Assembly (NCBI GenBank): GCA_965232155.1
Contig: OZ246948.1
Location: 1,016,434 to 1,080,433 of the forward strand
Length of the DNA stretch: 64,000 nucleotides
Direction of reading: 5' to 3'
Source: Thermodesulfobacteriota bacterium
GTDB taxonomy: Bacteria > Desulfobacterota_D > UBA1144 > Nemesobacterales > Nemesobacteraceae
Made by a program: the position numbers and the translations under genes. This document shows, piece after piece, positions 28,654-37,978 of this stretch (its first letter is position 1; every line of letters begins with the position of its first letter). The notes beneath the pieces were generated by a model, which had not been told where the DNA came from, made no database searches, and worked only from the letters and a program-made list of their open reading frames with translations.

Positions 28654-29720
28654 AAGTGCGCTTCCCCTGTCTCCTGGCCTTTTGTCCATCTGCTCGGAAG
28701 GAATATCTTCTGGTAAAGCGAAAGTGCGTAAAGGTCGGACATTCCCGCTATGAAGTCGCATACCTCTCTTTGCAGGGTTTCACCCTCCCGCACGGGCGAT
28801 TTACGGAAGGTCTCGCGGAAGATTTTCTCGTTCTCGCAGAAATACAGATAAAGTTCCTTTACGACTTTCTTGGATTTGTTGTGAAGCGAAAGCAGCCGCT
28901 CGCTTACGTAGACATTCTCGTAGAGATACCTTCTGAGCCCCAAAAGCGCTTCGAACACTTCTTCGCTCATCAGAATTCTCATTCTGTCTCTTTCGATGGT
29001 CTGCTCAATGATGTCCACTACCATCGTGTTTATTCTTTGCGAAGCCGTATCTCCGAGGACCGAGATATATTCTGCGGGAACGTCGCCGGGCGATATGATA
29101 CCCGAGCGGATTGCGTCATCAAGATCGTGATTCGTGTAAGCGACAAGATCCGAAATCTTGGTTACCTGGCCTTCAAGGGTAAGCGGCCTGTTTTCCTTGG
29201 TATCTATTCCTTCCTTGCCCCATCCCTTGGAATGTTTAGCTATTCCCTCTCTGACTTCGTGCGTCAGGTTGAGTCCCGTTCCGTCGCGTTCCAGCACATC
29301 CACGATCCTTACGCTCTGATGAACGTGCTTGAATCCGCCCGGGAACACTTCGTTCAGCCCTTCCTCGCCGGAGTGGCCGAAGGGAGTGTGACCGAGGTCG
29401 TGACCGAGTGCTATGGCTTCGGTCAGGTCTTCGTTAAGCATAAGTGCTTTCGATATCGTCCTGGCTATCTGGGAGACCTCTATTACATGAGTCAGCCTTG
29501 TGCGGTAATGATCGTTGGTCGGAGAGATGAATACCTGGGTTTTATGCTTGAGCCTTCTGAAGGCCTTGGAGTGAATTACCCTGTCCCTGTCCCTCTGAAA
29601 GCACGTTCTTATATCGCATTCGCGCTCGGGGTTTACTCTTCCTTTGGATTCACAGCTCAGCGTCGCCATCGGACAGAGCAGTTTTTTTTCGTTTTCTTCG
29701 GTCTGCTTTCGTATGAGCAA
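28650..29720 (-). CDS. dgt: dGTP triphosphohydrolase-like HD-domain protein
   Basis: FQRDRDRVIHSKAFRRLKHKTQVF...HYRTRLTHVIEVSQIAR...HDLGHTPFGH: dGTPase family motifs. Confidence 0.85.
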   Translation of the reverse strand: MLIRKQTEENEKKLLCPMATLSCESKGRVNPERECDIRTCFQRDRDRVIHSKAFRRLKHKTQVFISPTNDHYRTRLTHVIEVSQIARTISKALMLNEDLTEAIALGHDLGHTPFGHSGEEGLNEVFPGGFKHVHQSVRIVDVLERDGTGLNLTHEVREGIAKHSKGWGKEGIDTKENRPLTLEGQVTKISDLVAYTNHDLDDAIRSGIISPGDVPAEYISVLGDTASQRINTMVVDIIEQTIERDRMRILMSEEVFEALLGLRRYLYENVYVSERLLSLHNKSKKVVKELYLYFCENEKIFRETFRKSPVREGETLQREVCDFIAGMSDLYALSLYQKIFLPSRWTKGQETGEAHL

Positions 29721-29738
29721 TGTATCTTGAACCTCTTT

Positions 29739-30500
29739 TTACGGCAGTCTTACCAGCACCCCTTTTTTCGACAGGAACTCTTTCGCCTCGTTTATTGAAT
29801 ATTTGCCGTAATGGAAAATCGAGGCGCACAAAACAGCGTCTGCCCGTCCTTCTTCCACGGCTTCAACCAGATGTTCGAGCCGCCCCGCGCCTCCGGAAGC
29901 TATGACGGGAATGCCGACGGTCTCGGAGATGGTTCTTGTGAGTTCAAGATCGTACCCGTCCTCCGTGCCGTCCCTGTCCATGCTTGTGAGAAGGATTTCT
30001 CCGGCTCCGAAATCCTCCATCTTCGCGGCCCACCCGACGGCGTCTATTCCGGTCGGGTTGCGTCCTCCGTGGGTGAAGACCTCCCATCCGTCGCCGTCTC
30101 TTCTCCTTGCGTCTATGGCTACCACTATGCACTGGCTTCCGAATCTGTCAGAAGCCCGCCTTACGAAATCCGGGTCTGTTATGGCCGCTGTGTTGATCGT
30201 AACCTTGTCCGCCCCGGCCAGCAGAAGTTCTCTTACGTCTTCCACGGTTCTCAGCCCCCCTCCGACCGTCAGAGGAACGAATACCTCGCTTGCGGTCCGC
30301 CCGACCACGTCTATCATGGTTTTTCTCTTTTCGTGCGAGGCGGTGATATCGAGAAAGGTTATCTCGTCAGCGCCCTCTTCGCTGTACTTTTTCGCTACCT
30401 CGACCGGGTCTCCGGCGTCCCTGAGGTTAACGAAACGCACCCCTTTCACCACCCTCCCGTCCTTTACGTCAAGACATGGAATTATTCTTTTTGAAACCAT
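29739..30500 (-). CDS. hisF: Imidazole glycerol phosphate synthase cyclase subunit
   Basis: [16 protein letters not shown]...[12 protein letters not shown]...VGGGLRT; full-length HisF. Confidence 0.95.
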   Translation of the reverse strand: MVSKRIIPCLDVKDGRVVKGVRFVNLRDAGDPVEVAKKYSEEGADEITFLDITASHEKRKTMIDVVGRTASEVFVPLTVGGGLRTVEDVRELLLAGADKVTINTAAITDPDFVRRASDRFGSQCIVVAIDARRRDGDGWEVFTHGGRNPTGIDAVGWAAKMEDFGAGEILLTSMDRDGTEDGYDLELTRTISETVGIPVIASGGAGRLEHLVEAVEEGRADAVLCASIFHYGKYSINEAKEFLSKKGVLVRLP

Positions 30501-30502
30501 GT

Positions 30503-31225
30503 TTACTGAAACCTTTGTATGCTGTCTTCAAGATCTATGGAACCTGAGTAGAGCGATCTCCCTAATATTGCTCCCAGTAGATTGTCATTTCCGATGCGCT
30601 GTATCTCGCTTAGGTCAGAAAGCGACGCGATGCCGCCTGAAACGATTACCGGAAGGGGGCACAGGGAAAGAAAGCCTTTTATTGAAGCCACATCCACTCC
30701 CTCCATAGTTCCATCCCTGTCCACGTTTGTGTGAATCACGAGCGACACACCTATATCGCGGAATTCAAGCATTGTCCGGGAGATGCTCGTATCTATTGTC
30801 TCTTTCCATCCCCGCAGGGCTATTTTTCCTCCCTTCGTATCAACCCCGACGGCTATTTTCCCGGGGAATTCCCTGCAGATATCCTTGAGAAAATCTCTGT
30901 CGGTAAAGGCCGAAGTGCCTATTATCACTCTCTTGATGCCGACTTCAAGATACTTCTCAACGGTGGCGATTTTTCTTATCCCCCCACCGACCTGAACATT
31001 TGAGGAAACGGAGCGCGCTATTGCCTCTACAGCTTCGAAATTTCTTGGATTACCCCTGAATGCTCCGTCAAGGTCTACGACGTGAATCCACTCGGCTCCG
31101 CACCGCTCCCACTTTTTTGCGGTATCGGAAGGGTTGTTTGAAAATACGGTCTCCGTACCTTCTTCTCCTTTTAAAAGCCGTACGCAGTCTCCGTTTTTTA
31201 AGTCTATGGCGGGGATTATGAACAA
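30503..31225 (-). CDS. hisA: ProFAR isomerase
   Basis: [17 protein letters not shown]...HVVDLDGA...GGGIR; 2 nt after hisF. Confidence 0.9.
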   Translation of the reverse strand: MFIIPAIDLKNGDCVRLLKGEEGTETVFSNNPSDTAKKWERCGAEWIHVVDLDGAFRGNPRNFEAVEAIARSVSSNVQVGGGIRKIATVEKYLEVGIKRVIIGTSAFTDRDFLKDICREFPGKIAVGVDTKGGKIALRGWKETIDTSISRTMLEFRDIGVSLVIHTNVDRDGTMEGVDVASIKGFLSLCPLPVIVSGGIASLSDLSEIQRIGNDNLLGAILGRSLYSGSIDLEDSIQRFQ

Positions 31226-31324
31226 TTCAAAACCTCATTGAACTAAAAACCACGGGAAATAATACACAAGCCAAGAGGTTATTATAAGAATATTTCGAAA
31301 AATACCGATTTAATTTGCTCAGTC

Positions 31325-31401
31325 TTAAGAATCACTCAGTACTTGCTCCCTGATTTCCCTGAGCGTGAACCTGCGTGACTTGAGTTCGTTTATTAATCTT
31401 A
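31325..31401 (-). pseudogene. C-terminal piece of a short MerR-family regulator gene, separated from its N-terminal piece by the TnpB element
   Basis: Minus-strand frame reads INELKSRRFTLREIREQVLSDS* and continues in frame with ...QEMVERIRL upstream of the element once the element and one TAAGAT repeat are removed. Confidence 0.6.
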
Positions 31402-31415
31402 TGGGAATTATATAC
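31402..31415. repeat. Terminal inverted repeat of the element (low-coordinate end), 1 nt from the tnpB stop codon
   Basis: TGGGAATTATATAC. Confidence 0.8.
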
Positions 31416-32666
31416 TTAGCTACCATATGGCAACCTCGTATCAATTTCACGGTTCGCAGGGACTGTGCTAATACCAGAACCCTCCCCGTGCAGTCGCGCC
31501 ATTCCCAGACGCCTTATGTTTATTGCCGCATTCGTGTCCGCATTGGACGCATAGCCGCAACTCACACACAGGAACCGTGCTTGGGTTTTTCGGTTCTCTT
31601 TATCTGTATGCCCGCACTCGGAGCATGTCTGACTCGTGTATGCGGGATTTACTTCTATTAGTCTCCCGCACTTGTACTCAAGATTTCTTCTAAGTTCTCC
31701 CAAGGCTGTATCAAGCATTGCCCTGTTAAGTCCCGCCTTCTGCTTTACGTTCTTTCCCGGATTCTCTATCGTACCCTTTGCGGAAGCCGTCATATTCTTC
31801 ACCTTCAGATCTTCCACAACTATTGTTCCGCACTTGTCCGCAATTTCCCTGGTGGTCTTGTGAATCCAGTCCTTGCGGATACTGGCTATCTTTCTGCTCA
31901 CCTTCGCAAGTTTCTTCTTCGTGTCCTTCCGCCTGTTAGACCCCTTTATCTGTCTTGCAATCCTTCGCTGATACCACTTTCGCCTTGCTTCTTTCTTCTT
32001 TAAGTCGGGCAGGAAGTAAAAGTTTCCATCCGAAGTGGCTACCTGACGTGCGTTCATGTCAACGCCCAGAATCTCACCGTCATCCGGTCTTTTCTCCACT
32101 TCCACTTCATAGAATACGAATGCCCGCCACCTGTGCCCGTCATGGCGAAGCACTACCTGCCTGGGTACGCCATCTTCCCAGGGGTTTCCTCCCCTGCGGG
32201 TCATCTTTACCCAACCGACCTTGGGGATAAGAAGCAGAGAGTATTTTTTATCAATATTTTTTATTCTGAAGTTCTCCTTGCTTGGAAGCGTGAAGCTGGG
32301 TACGTGCCTGTTTCTGCTTATGGGCTTCGGAAAACCTTTCTTGCCAGCCATCGCCTCTTTCAATGCATCCGCAAAATACTTGAGGGTATGCTTTACAGGA
32401 TTGGCGGGAAGTTCAAGCATCCACTCCGTCTCATGCCTTAGCCTGGTGAACTCCACACCGAGACTGAAATAACTGGTATGCGGTCTCTGCCCTTTGTCAT
32501 TCTTGAATGCCTGGTAGTCGGCAAGGTTCTTTTCCCTGAAATGGTTCCAGACATATCTACAGGCTCCCGCTATCTGGAACATCTTGGTTGCCTTAGCCTT
32601 AGCAGTAGGCAGAACGACAAACTCTACGGTACGTATTTGTTTAGTCATTGCAATATATCGTATCAT
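31416..32666 (-). CDS. tnpB: TnpB (IS200/IS605-family OrfB, RuvC-like RNA-guided endonuclease); alternative start at M7 (32648)
   Basis: N-terminus RTVEFVVLPTAKAKATKMFQIAGACRYVWNHF. RuvC-I GVDMNARQ, RuvC-II IVVEDLKVKNM, C-terminal NPAYTSQTCSECGH...FLCVSCGYASNADTNAAINI (Zn ribbon plus RuvC-III). All three catalytic acidic residues are present. No tnpA adjacent. Confidence 0.85.
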   Translation of the reverse strand: MIRYIAMTKQIRTVEFVVLPTAKAKATKMFQIAGACRYVWNHFREKNLADYQAFKNDKGQRPHTSYFSLGVEFTRLRHETEWMLELPANPVKHTLKYFADALKEAMAGKKGFPKPISRNRHVPSFTLPSKENFRIKNIDKKYSLLLIPKVGWVKMTRRGGNPWEDGVPRQVVLRHDGHRWRAFVFYEVEVEKRPDDGEILGVDMNARQVATSDGNFYFLPDLKKKEARRKWYQRRIARQIKGSNRRKDTKKKLAKVSRKIASIRKDWIHKTTREIADKCGTIVVEDLKVKNMTASAKGTIENPGKNVKQKAGLNRAMLDTALGELRRNLEYKCGRLIEVNPAYTSQTCSECGHTDKENRKTQARFLCVSCGYASNADTNAAINIRRLGMARLHGEGSGISTVPANREIDTRLPYGS

Positions 32667-32682
32667 TTGTAGTGGTAATTAT

Positions 32683-32696
32683 GTATATAATTCCCA
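32683..32696. repeat. Terminal inverted repeat of the element (high-coordinate end), 17 nt upstream of the tnpB start
   Basis: GTATATAATTCCCA. Confidence 0.8.
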
Positions 32697-32858
32697 ATCT
32701 TATCCTTTCAACCATCTCCTGCGCGTAGAGCTGATACCCGGCTTCGGTAATTTCGGCTACTTCGAGCAAACCTTCTTTGGTCTAGTGGCGTATGGTGGAA
32801 TTTCTCTGGTTGACCAATTTTGCCAGCTCGCCGATTTTAAGCAGGGGACCCCTGTCAT
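32697..32858 (-). pseudogene. N-terminal piece of the MerR-family regulator gene: HTH region, with an in-frame TAG at the conserved Tyr and a probable G-run frameshift after the start codon
   Basis: Minus strand reads ATGACAGGGG-TCCCC..., then (frame-corrected) PLLKIGELAKLVNQRNSTIRH-TAG-TKEGLLEVAEITEAGYQLYAQEMVERIRL. This is the canonical MerR pattern IGELAK...TIRYYEKEGLL...GYRLY; it is then cut by the TIR of the element. Confidence 0.6.
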
Positions 32859-33013
32859 AATCTGCATCATTTTTGCCTTCAGCCACCTTGAGATATATAT
32901 CAAGTGGACGGCCAACTGCCCGTGCGACAATTTGTGGACAATATTCTGGAGACATGCTTTTCACTCGATTGCTTGGTGTTGAATACGAATCCCCGCCCGC
33001 TATAATTCAGACC

Positions 33014-33427
33014 ATGAACTACTGGCTTGTTAAATCAGAACCGTTTAAGTATTCATGGGAAGAGTTCCTCCGCGACGGCTGGACATACTGGGACGGGGTT
33101 AGGAACTATCAGGCCAGAAATAACCTGAAGAGCATGAAAAAGGGAGATCAGGTCCTTTTCTACCACAGCAACAAGGGTCTTGAGGTGGTAGGCATATCCG
33201 AGGTCATAAGGGAATATTATCAGGATCCCACTACGGAGGATGAAAGGTGGGTAGTGGTGGATCTTAAGCCTTTGGAAACGCTTGAGAGTCCGGTATCCCT
33301 CAAGCAGATAAAGAACGACGAAAGACTCGAGGGCATCTCCCTTGTAAGGCAGAGCAGGCTTTCGGTCATGCAGGTTGAAAAGAAGCATTTTGACGTGATC
33401 GTCGAGCTTGGAAGAAAAAGCCTCTGA
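33014..33427 (+). CDS. EVE (PUA-like) domain protein
   Basis: MNYWLVKSEPFKYSWEEFLRDGWTYWDGVRNYQARNNLKSMKKGDQVLFYHSN is the typical EVE/YTH-like N-terminus. The track ORF 32873.. has a spurious N-terminal extension. Confidence 0.75.
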   Translation: MNYWLVKSEPFKYSWEEFLRDGWTYWDGVRNYQARNNLKSMKKGDQVLFYHSNKGLEVVGISEVIREYYQDPTTEDERWVVVDLKPLETLESPVSLKQIKNDERLEGISLVRQSRLSVMQVEKKHFDVIVELGRKSL

Positions 33428-33596
33428 CTTCCGTGAGAATGTGTAGAGACCGTCTGCTCCCGCATGCGGTCTGCCGGGGAGATTCGTTTCGGTGAAACGC
33501 TGAACGGAAGCTCCAACCTGCCGGCAAGCCTATTTTCTTACATCGGCCTCTTGCGGTTATACTTACCGAAATAACTGATTTATATTTCAACATCCT

Positions 33597-35090
33597 ATGA
33601 GCACCCAACTCATCATCAACTCGCTTTTTAACGAAACGAGAATAGCGGTTCTAGAGAAAAGCAGGCTGATCGAGCTTTTCATCGAAAGAAAATCCAGTTC
33701 CTCAATGGTGGGGAACATCTACAAGGGCAAAGTCGAGAAGATAGTCCCCGGAGTGCAGGCGGCGTTTGTCGGCATGGGAGACAGCAGGTCCGGGTTTCTC
33801 TCCGCCGAGGATGTGTATGAAGAATCGCTTAGCGAACTTTTTCTTGAAGAGGAAGAGACAAAAAAGGCCTCCAGAAAAAACCACCAGCCGATACAGAAGG
33901 TGCTGCGTCAGGGTCAGGAAGTGATGGTTCAGGTGACAAAGGAACCCACCGGAAACAAGGGTCCCAAGCTTACCTCTCACGTAGGCATACCGGGCAAGTA
34001 TCTTGTTCTGCTTCCCGGGTCAGATTCGGTGAACGTTTCCCGCAAAATAACCGACAGAAAAAGCAGGAAAAGATTTTCCGAGATCATGCGGAATAAGCCC
34101 GAAGACATGGGTTTTATAGTGAGAACGGCGTCTGTGGAAGCGGATGAGAAGGACATCAAGACCGAGATGAGAGCGCTTGTGAGAAAGTGGAGAAGGATAA
34201 AGAAAAAATATGAAGAATCGAAGACTCCGGGTGTGATATACGAAGAGGCCGATACCTGTATCAGGGTCGTCAGGGACCTGATGGGGAACGGCCTTAAGAA
34301 AATTGTCGTTGATTCCCCCAAAGCCCACGGCAGGATTACCAAGTACTTTTCTGACAAGATTAAGAAGGATGGCTTCAAAGTCGATATTTACGACAAGGAA
34401 GAACCCATATTCGATAGATACGGAATCGAGAGCCAGATCGAAAAAATGTACAGAAAAAAGGTCTGGATGAAGTCGGGAGGTTACCTGATCATAGACGAGG
34501 CCGAGGGACTCACCGTGATAGACGTTAACTCCGGGAAACTCGTCGGAGAGGAATTTCACAAGAAAACAATAATGAGAACGAACGAAGAAGCCGCAGTTGA
34601 AGCCGCAAGGCAGATAAGGCTTCGCAATCTGGTCGGAATCATAGTTATCGATTTCATAGACATGCAGTCTGTTAGATCCAGAAGAAAAGTGGAGTCACTT
34701 TTCGCAGATGAGATGAAAAAGGATAAGGCTAGGACCACGATCCAGGAAATATCGTCTTTCAGCGTAATACAGCTTACCAGACGCAGAATCAGGGAAAGTA
34801 TACTTTCCGACTTGACCGAACCTTGCGATACCTGCGAGGGGAGCGGACGGATAAAGTCGATATACACCACCTGTTACGAGATACTGAGGGATATTGATCA
34901 ATGGACAAGGCAGAGCGCTAAAGGACCTCTTGTAGTGCAGGCCAACAAAAAGGTCATAGCGAAGCTCAGAGAAATAGAAGGAAGATCCATAAGAAAAATC
35001 CAGCGGGAGAGGGGCGTAAAGATAAAGTTCAAATCGACTGAAGATGGATTCGAGGGGTTCACCATTTCCGGAGAAGGAAGCTCCGGTTAG
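33597..35090 (+). CDS. rng: Ribonuclease G/E family endoribonuclease
   Basis: S1 domain (GNIYKGKVEKIVPGVQAAFVGMG), DNase-I-like and Zn-link regions (GLTVIDVNSGK...IVIDFIDM, CxxCxGxG). Confidence 0.85.
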   Translation: MSTQLIINSLFNETRIAVLEKSRLIELFIERKSSSSMVGNIYKGKVEKIVPGVQAAFVGMGDSRSGFLSAEDVYEESLSELFLEEEETKKASRKNHQPIQKVLRQGQEVMVQVTKEPTGNKGPKLTSHVGIPGKYLVLLPGSDSVNVSRKITDRKSRKRFSEIMRNKPEDMGFIVRTASVEADEKDIKTEMRALVRKWRRIKKKYEESKTPGVIYEEADTCIRVVRDLMGNGLKKIVVDSPKAHGRITKYFSDKIKKDGFKVDIYDKEEPIFDRYGIESQIEKMYRKKVWMKSGGYLIIDEAEGLTVIDVNSGKLVGEEFHKKTIMRTNEEAAVEAARQIRLRNLVGIIVIDFIDMQSVRSRRKVESLFADEMKKDKARTTIQEISSFSVIQLTRRRIRESILSDLTEPCDTCEGSGRIKSIYTTCYEILRDIDQWTRQSAKGPLVVQANKKVIAKLREIEGRSIRKIQRERGVKIKFKSTEDGFEGFTISGEGSSG

Positions 35091-35109
35091 TCGAAAGAGG
35101 CGTTCTAAG

Positions 35110-35532
35110 TTGGGAAAAAACGGATTTCTTTATCATGTGGCGATCGCCGTGAAAGATATCAAGAAAGCTGAGGATATCTACTGCAACCTACTCGGACTTC
35201 GGGTTGTCCACAGAGAGGATGTGGTCAACTATGGGGTCAAAACATCGATGCTTTGCTCCGAATCGGAAGAGGGCACTGCGATTGAGCTTATCGAGCCTTT
35301 GGACGAGAATTCTCCGATTTCGCAGTTCCTGGAGAAAAGAGGGGAGGGCGTTCACCACATCTGCTTTCTTGTGGACGATATAGAATCTTCTCTCCGGGCC
35401 CTAGAAAAAGAAGGAGTCAGGCTTATCGATGAACATCCGAGGCCGGGATCTTACAACTGTAAAGTCGCCTTTATACACCCCAAGTCAATGAACGGAGTGC
35501 TGGTGGAACTTGCGGAGAAAATGGAGGACTGA
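35110..35532 (+). CDS. mce: Methylmalonyl-CoA epimerase (VOC/glyoxalase family)
   Basis: YHVAIAVKDIKKAEDIY...IELIEPLDENSPISQFLEKRGEGVHHICFLVDDIE...VAFIHPKSMNGVLVEL. TTG start at 35110 with AAGAGG ribosome-binding site; the track ORF starts earlier, overlapping rng. Confidence 0.7.
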   Translation: MGKNGFLYHVAIAVKDIKKAEDIYCNLLGLRVVHREDVVNYGVKTSMLCSESEEGTAIELIEPLDENSPISQFLEKRGEGVHHICFLVDDIESSLRALEKEGVRLIDEHPRPGSYNCKVAFIHPKSMNGVLVELAEKMED

Positions 35533-35547
35533 GGAGAGGGTTTTTGA

Positions 35548-35727
35548 TCAGGTGCCGCTTTGCCCTTCTTCCTTATTGTCTGAGTCGTCGTCTTTTAGAG
35601 ATTTCCTGAATCCGCTTATTCCCTTGCCGAGCGAAGACCCCAGATCTCCGAGCCTGCTTGGACCGAAGATTATAAGCAGGATTGCCAGTATCAGGATTAA
35701 TTCCCATATGCCGAATTGTCCGAACAT
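35548..35727 (-). CDS. tatA: Twin-arginine translocase subunit TatA/TatE (59 aa)
   Basis: Minus-strand translation MFGQFGIWELILILAILLIIFGPSRLGDLGSSLGKGISGFRKSLKDDDSDNKEEGQSGT matches the TatA TM helix plus FGPxKLPxLGxxLGKxIxxFK amphipathic motif. Below the 60-aa cutoff, so absent from the ORF track. Confidence 0.75.
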   Translation of the reverse strand: MFGQFGIWELILILAILLIIFGPSRLGDLGSSLGKGISGFRKSLKDDDSDNKEEGQSGT

Positions 35728-35887
35728 ATAACGGAAATAATACCCGAATACTTCTGCTTCTCAAATGTTTTCAGGGTGATACTCTGAATTTTCCGATATT
35801 GCGTCTGCACAGGCGGAACTCGGATTCAGGTCGGGTCGCTTGTGGATATCGCGTTGAACACGCAGTCGCCTGATGGTTAGCGGCAGG

Positions 35888-37978
35888 TCAGATTTTCGAG
35901 AAATCGGCAATCATGAAAAACAGATCTTTTATTTCATTGAGCAAAGCCAGACGGTTGTCTCTGATCTTCTCATCTTTGTCCATGACCATTACCGCGTCAA
36001 AGAAACGATCTATGGGAGCCGCAAGTGCTTTCATGGACTCAAGGGAATTTGTGTAATCGATCTGTCTGGGAGTTTTTTCGGGATTGTCCAGTCTTTTTAA
36101 AACCGCGGCCCGTGTCTTGGTAAAAACTTTATGGAGATCTTTTTCTTCCTTTTCTCTGAATAGTTTTTTATCAAGCCGCGAAGATGGCCTAGTTTTCGCT
36201 ATGTTGAAAACCCTTTTAAAGGCTGTAGCTAGAGTCTCAAAATCCTTTCGTTTTGCGAATTTCCCAAGCGCGTTTATCCTGCGGTAGGAGTCAAGGGGAT
36301 TATCGAAACCTGCCGAGATCACGGATTCGACGACATTTCTCTCGTAACCTGACTCTGTCATTAGGTTGCGGAATCTCTCGGAGAAAAACACGAGAATGTT
36401 TTCTTTAAATTTCTCTTCGGACAGTGTGCCATCGTGGGTTTTTTGCGCGTCCATGGAATTGAGCACGAGCCTTATGCTGCGTTCAAGCAGTGGAGAGAGA
36501 GAAATATCAAATTTCTTCTCTATAGCGATTCTGATTATTCCGAGGGTCTGTCTTCTCAGTGCATAGGGATCAGAAGACCCGGTAGGTGCGAGATCCGCGA
36601 TGAAGCATGAACAGATGTTGTCTGTTTTATCCACTATGCTTAGAAGCGCCCCGGTTTTCGTTCGCGGGAGTTCACCGGTTCTCGTAAGCGGCATGTATTG
36701 TTCCTCGATCGCGTTCGCGACGGCTTTTTTCTCCCCGGAAGCAAGCGAGTAATACTTGCCCATGACACCCTGGAGTTCGGCGAATTCAAAGACCATCTGG
36801 GTTGCAAGATCAGACTTTGAGAGTTTCGCGGCCCTTTCAAGATCGGGGCTGCCAAAGATGTCGGCGGCAAGCATCCTCATACGCTCGACTTTTTCTCTGT
36901 AGGTTCCTATATCAGATAGAAACACCATGCTCTCAAGATCTTCTGTGTGGTCGCTCAGACTTTTCTTCGTATCTTCGGAGAAAAAGAATTCGGCGTCGTT
37001 AAGTCTTGCCCTTATTACCCGCTCGTTTCCCCTTATAATTACCTGTTTATCCTTAACCGGGGTTCCGCAGACAAAAATGAAGCAGGAAAGGGGCTTGCCG
37101 GTCTTCTCAGAATAAACGGGGAAATATTTCTGGTGGTTTTTCATCACGCTTATCAGCACCTCTGCGGGCAACCGCAGGTATTTTTTCTCGAACTCTCCTA
37201 CCAGAACCGTCGGGTGCTCCACCAAGTTCACCACGGTTTCAAGCAGTTCGGGGTCTTCCTTTATGGTTCCTCCTATCTTTTTGGCAGACGCCTCTGTTCC
37301 CCTTCTTATGACTTTCTTCCTTTTCTCCGGGTCCGCTACTACGTTGTTTTTCTCAAGGGTTTTCAGATAATTTCCCCAGGATGACACTCGAAACGGTTTC
37401 GGGGAAGTGAACCTGTGACCGAAGCTTCGGTCAGAACTTTTGATATTTTCAACGCTGAATTTTACTGGCTTGCCATCGTAGAGCGCCGCTATCCACCTTA
37501 TGGGTCTTGCGAAGGTCAGTTTTCCGTCACCCCATCTCATTGATTTCCGGAAGGGAACCGATGAGATCACTCCCGGAAGAATCTCTTTTAGAACGGATGA
37601 AGTTTTTTTCCCTTTTACAGTTTTCCTTACGCAGAGGAATTCCCCGGTATCCCTTTTTGCGATGACGAGTTTCCCAACATCGACTTTCTGGGATCTGGCG
37701 AAACCCACAGCGGCCTTGGATGGCTCCCCGTCTTCGTCAAACGCTATACGTTTGGGCGGTCCGAAGTTCTCGATCGTGCGGTCTTTTTGCTTTCTCTCAA
37801 GCCCGCTTACCCTTGCCGAGAGCCTTCTCGGGGTATAGAAGATTTCCATTTCCTCAAATTCAATACCCTTGTCGCGGAGTTCTCCGCTTAGGATATCGCC
37901 CAGATCCTCCCGGGCCTTTTCAAGGAAGAGAGCCGGTATTTCCTCCGTTCCGATTTCGAGTATCAGTTCTTTTTCCAT
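35888..37978 (-). CDS. glyS: Glycine--tRNA ligase beta subunit
   Basis: [26 protein letters not shown]... full-length GlyS; start taken at the ATG at 37978. Confidence 0.95.
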   Translation of the reverse strand: MEKELILEIGTEEIPALFLEKAREDLGDILSGELRDKGIEFEEMEIFYTPRRLSARVSGLERKQKDRTIENFGPPKRIAFDEDGEPSKAAVGFARSQKVDVGKLVIAKRDTGEFLCVRKTVKGKKTSSVLKEILPGVISSVPFRKSMRWGDGKLTFARPIRWIAALYDGKPVKFSVENIKSSDRSFGHRFTSPKPFRVSSWGNYLKTLEKNNVVADPEKRKKVIRRGTEASAKKIGGTIKEDPELLETVVNLVEHPTVLVGEFEKKYLRLPAEVLISVMKNHQKYFPVYSEKTGKPLSCFIFVCGTPVKDKQVIIRGNERVIRARLNDAEFFFSEDTKKSLSDHTEDLESMVFLSDIGTYREKVERMRMLAADIFGSPDLERAAKLSKSDLATQMVFEFAELQGVMGKYYSLASGEKKAVANAIEEQYMPLTRTGELPRTKTGALLSIVDKTDNICSCFIADLAPTGSSDPYALRRQTLGIIRIAIEKKFDISLSPLLERSIRLVLNSMDAQKTHDGTLSEEKFKENILVFFSERFRNLMTESGYERNVVESVISAGFDNPLDSYRRINALGKFAKRKDFETLATAFKRVFNIAKTRPSSRLDKKLFREKEEKDLHKVFTKTRAAVLKRLDNPEKTPRQIDYTNSLESMKALAAPIDRFFDAVMVMDKDEKIRDNRLALLNEIKDLFFMIADFSKI

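Larger units (their letters stand above)
31402..32696 (-). mobile_element. 1295-bp TIR-bounded insertion element whose only ORF is tnpB, inserted into the MerR-family gene with a 6-bp target-site duplication
   Basis: Perfect 14-bp terminal inverted repeats TGGGAATTATATAC (31402-31415) and GTATATAATTCCCA (32683-32696). Flanking direct repeat ATCTTA (31396-31401 and 32697-32702). Removing the element plus one repeat reconstitutes an in-frame MerR ORF. Confidence 0.8.

Noticed and set aside
31226-31400. Expected IS605-style right end / omega-RNA scaffold downstream of the tnpB stop
   Set aside because: The inverted repeat and target duplication put the element boundary 1 nt after the stop codon. 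The downstream sequence is the C-terminal MerR fragment plus the hisA upstream region, not an IS right end.
32873-33013. N-terminal extension of ORF 32873..33427
   Set aside because: The EVE domain begins at MNYWLVKSEP (33014). The extension overlaps the MerR-like gene on the other strand.
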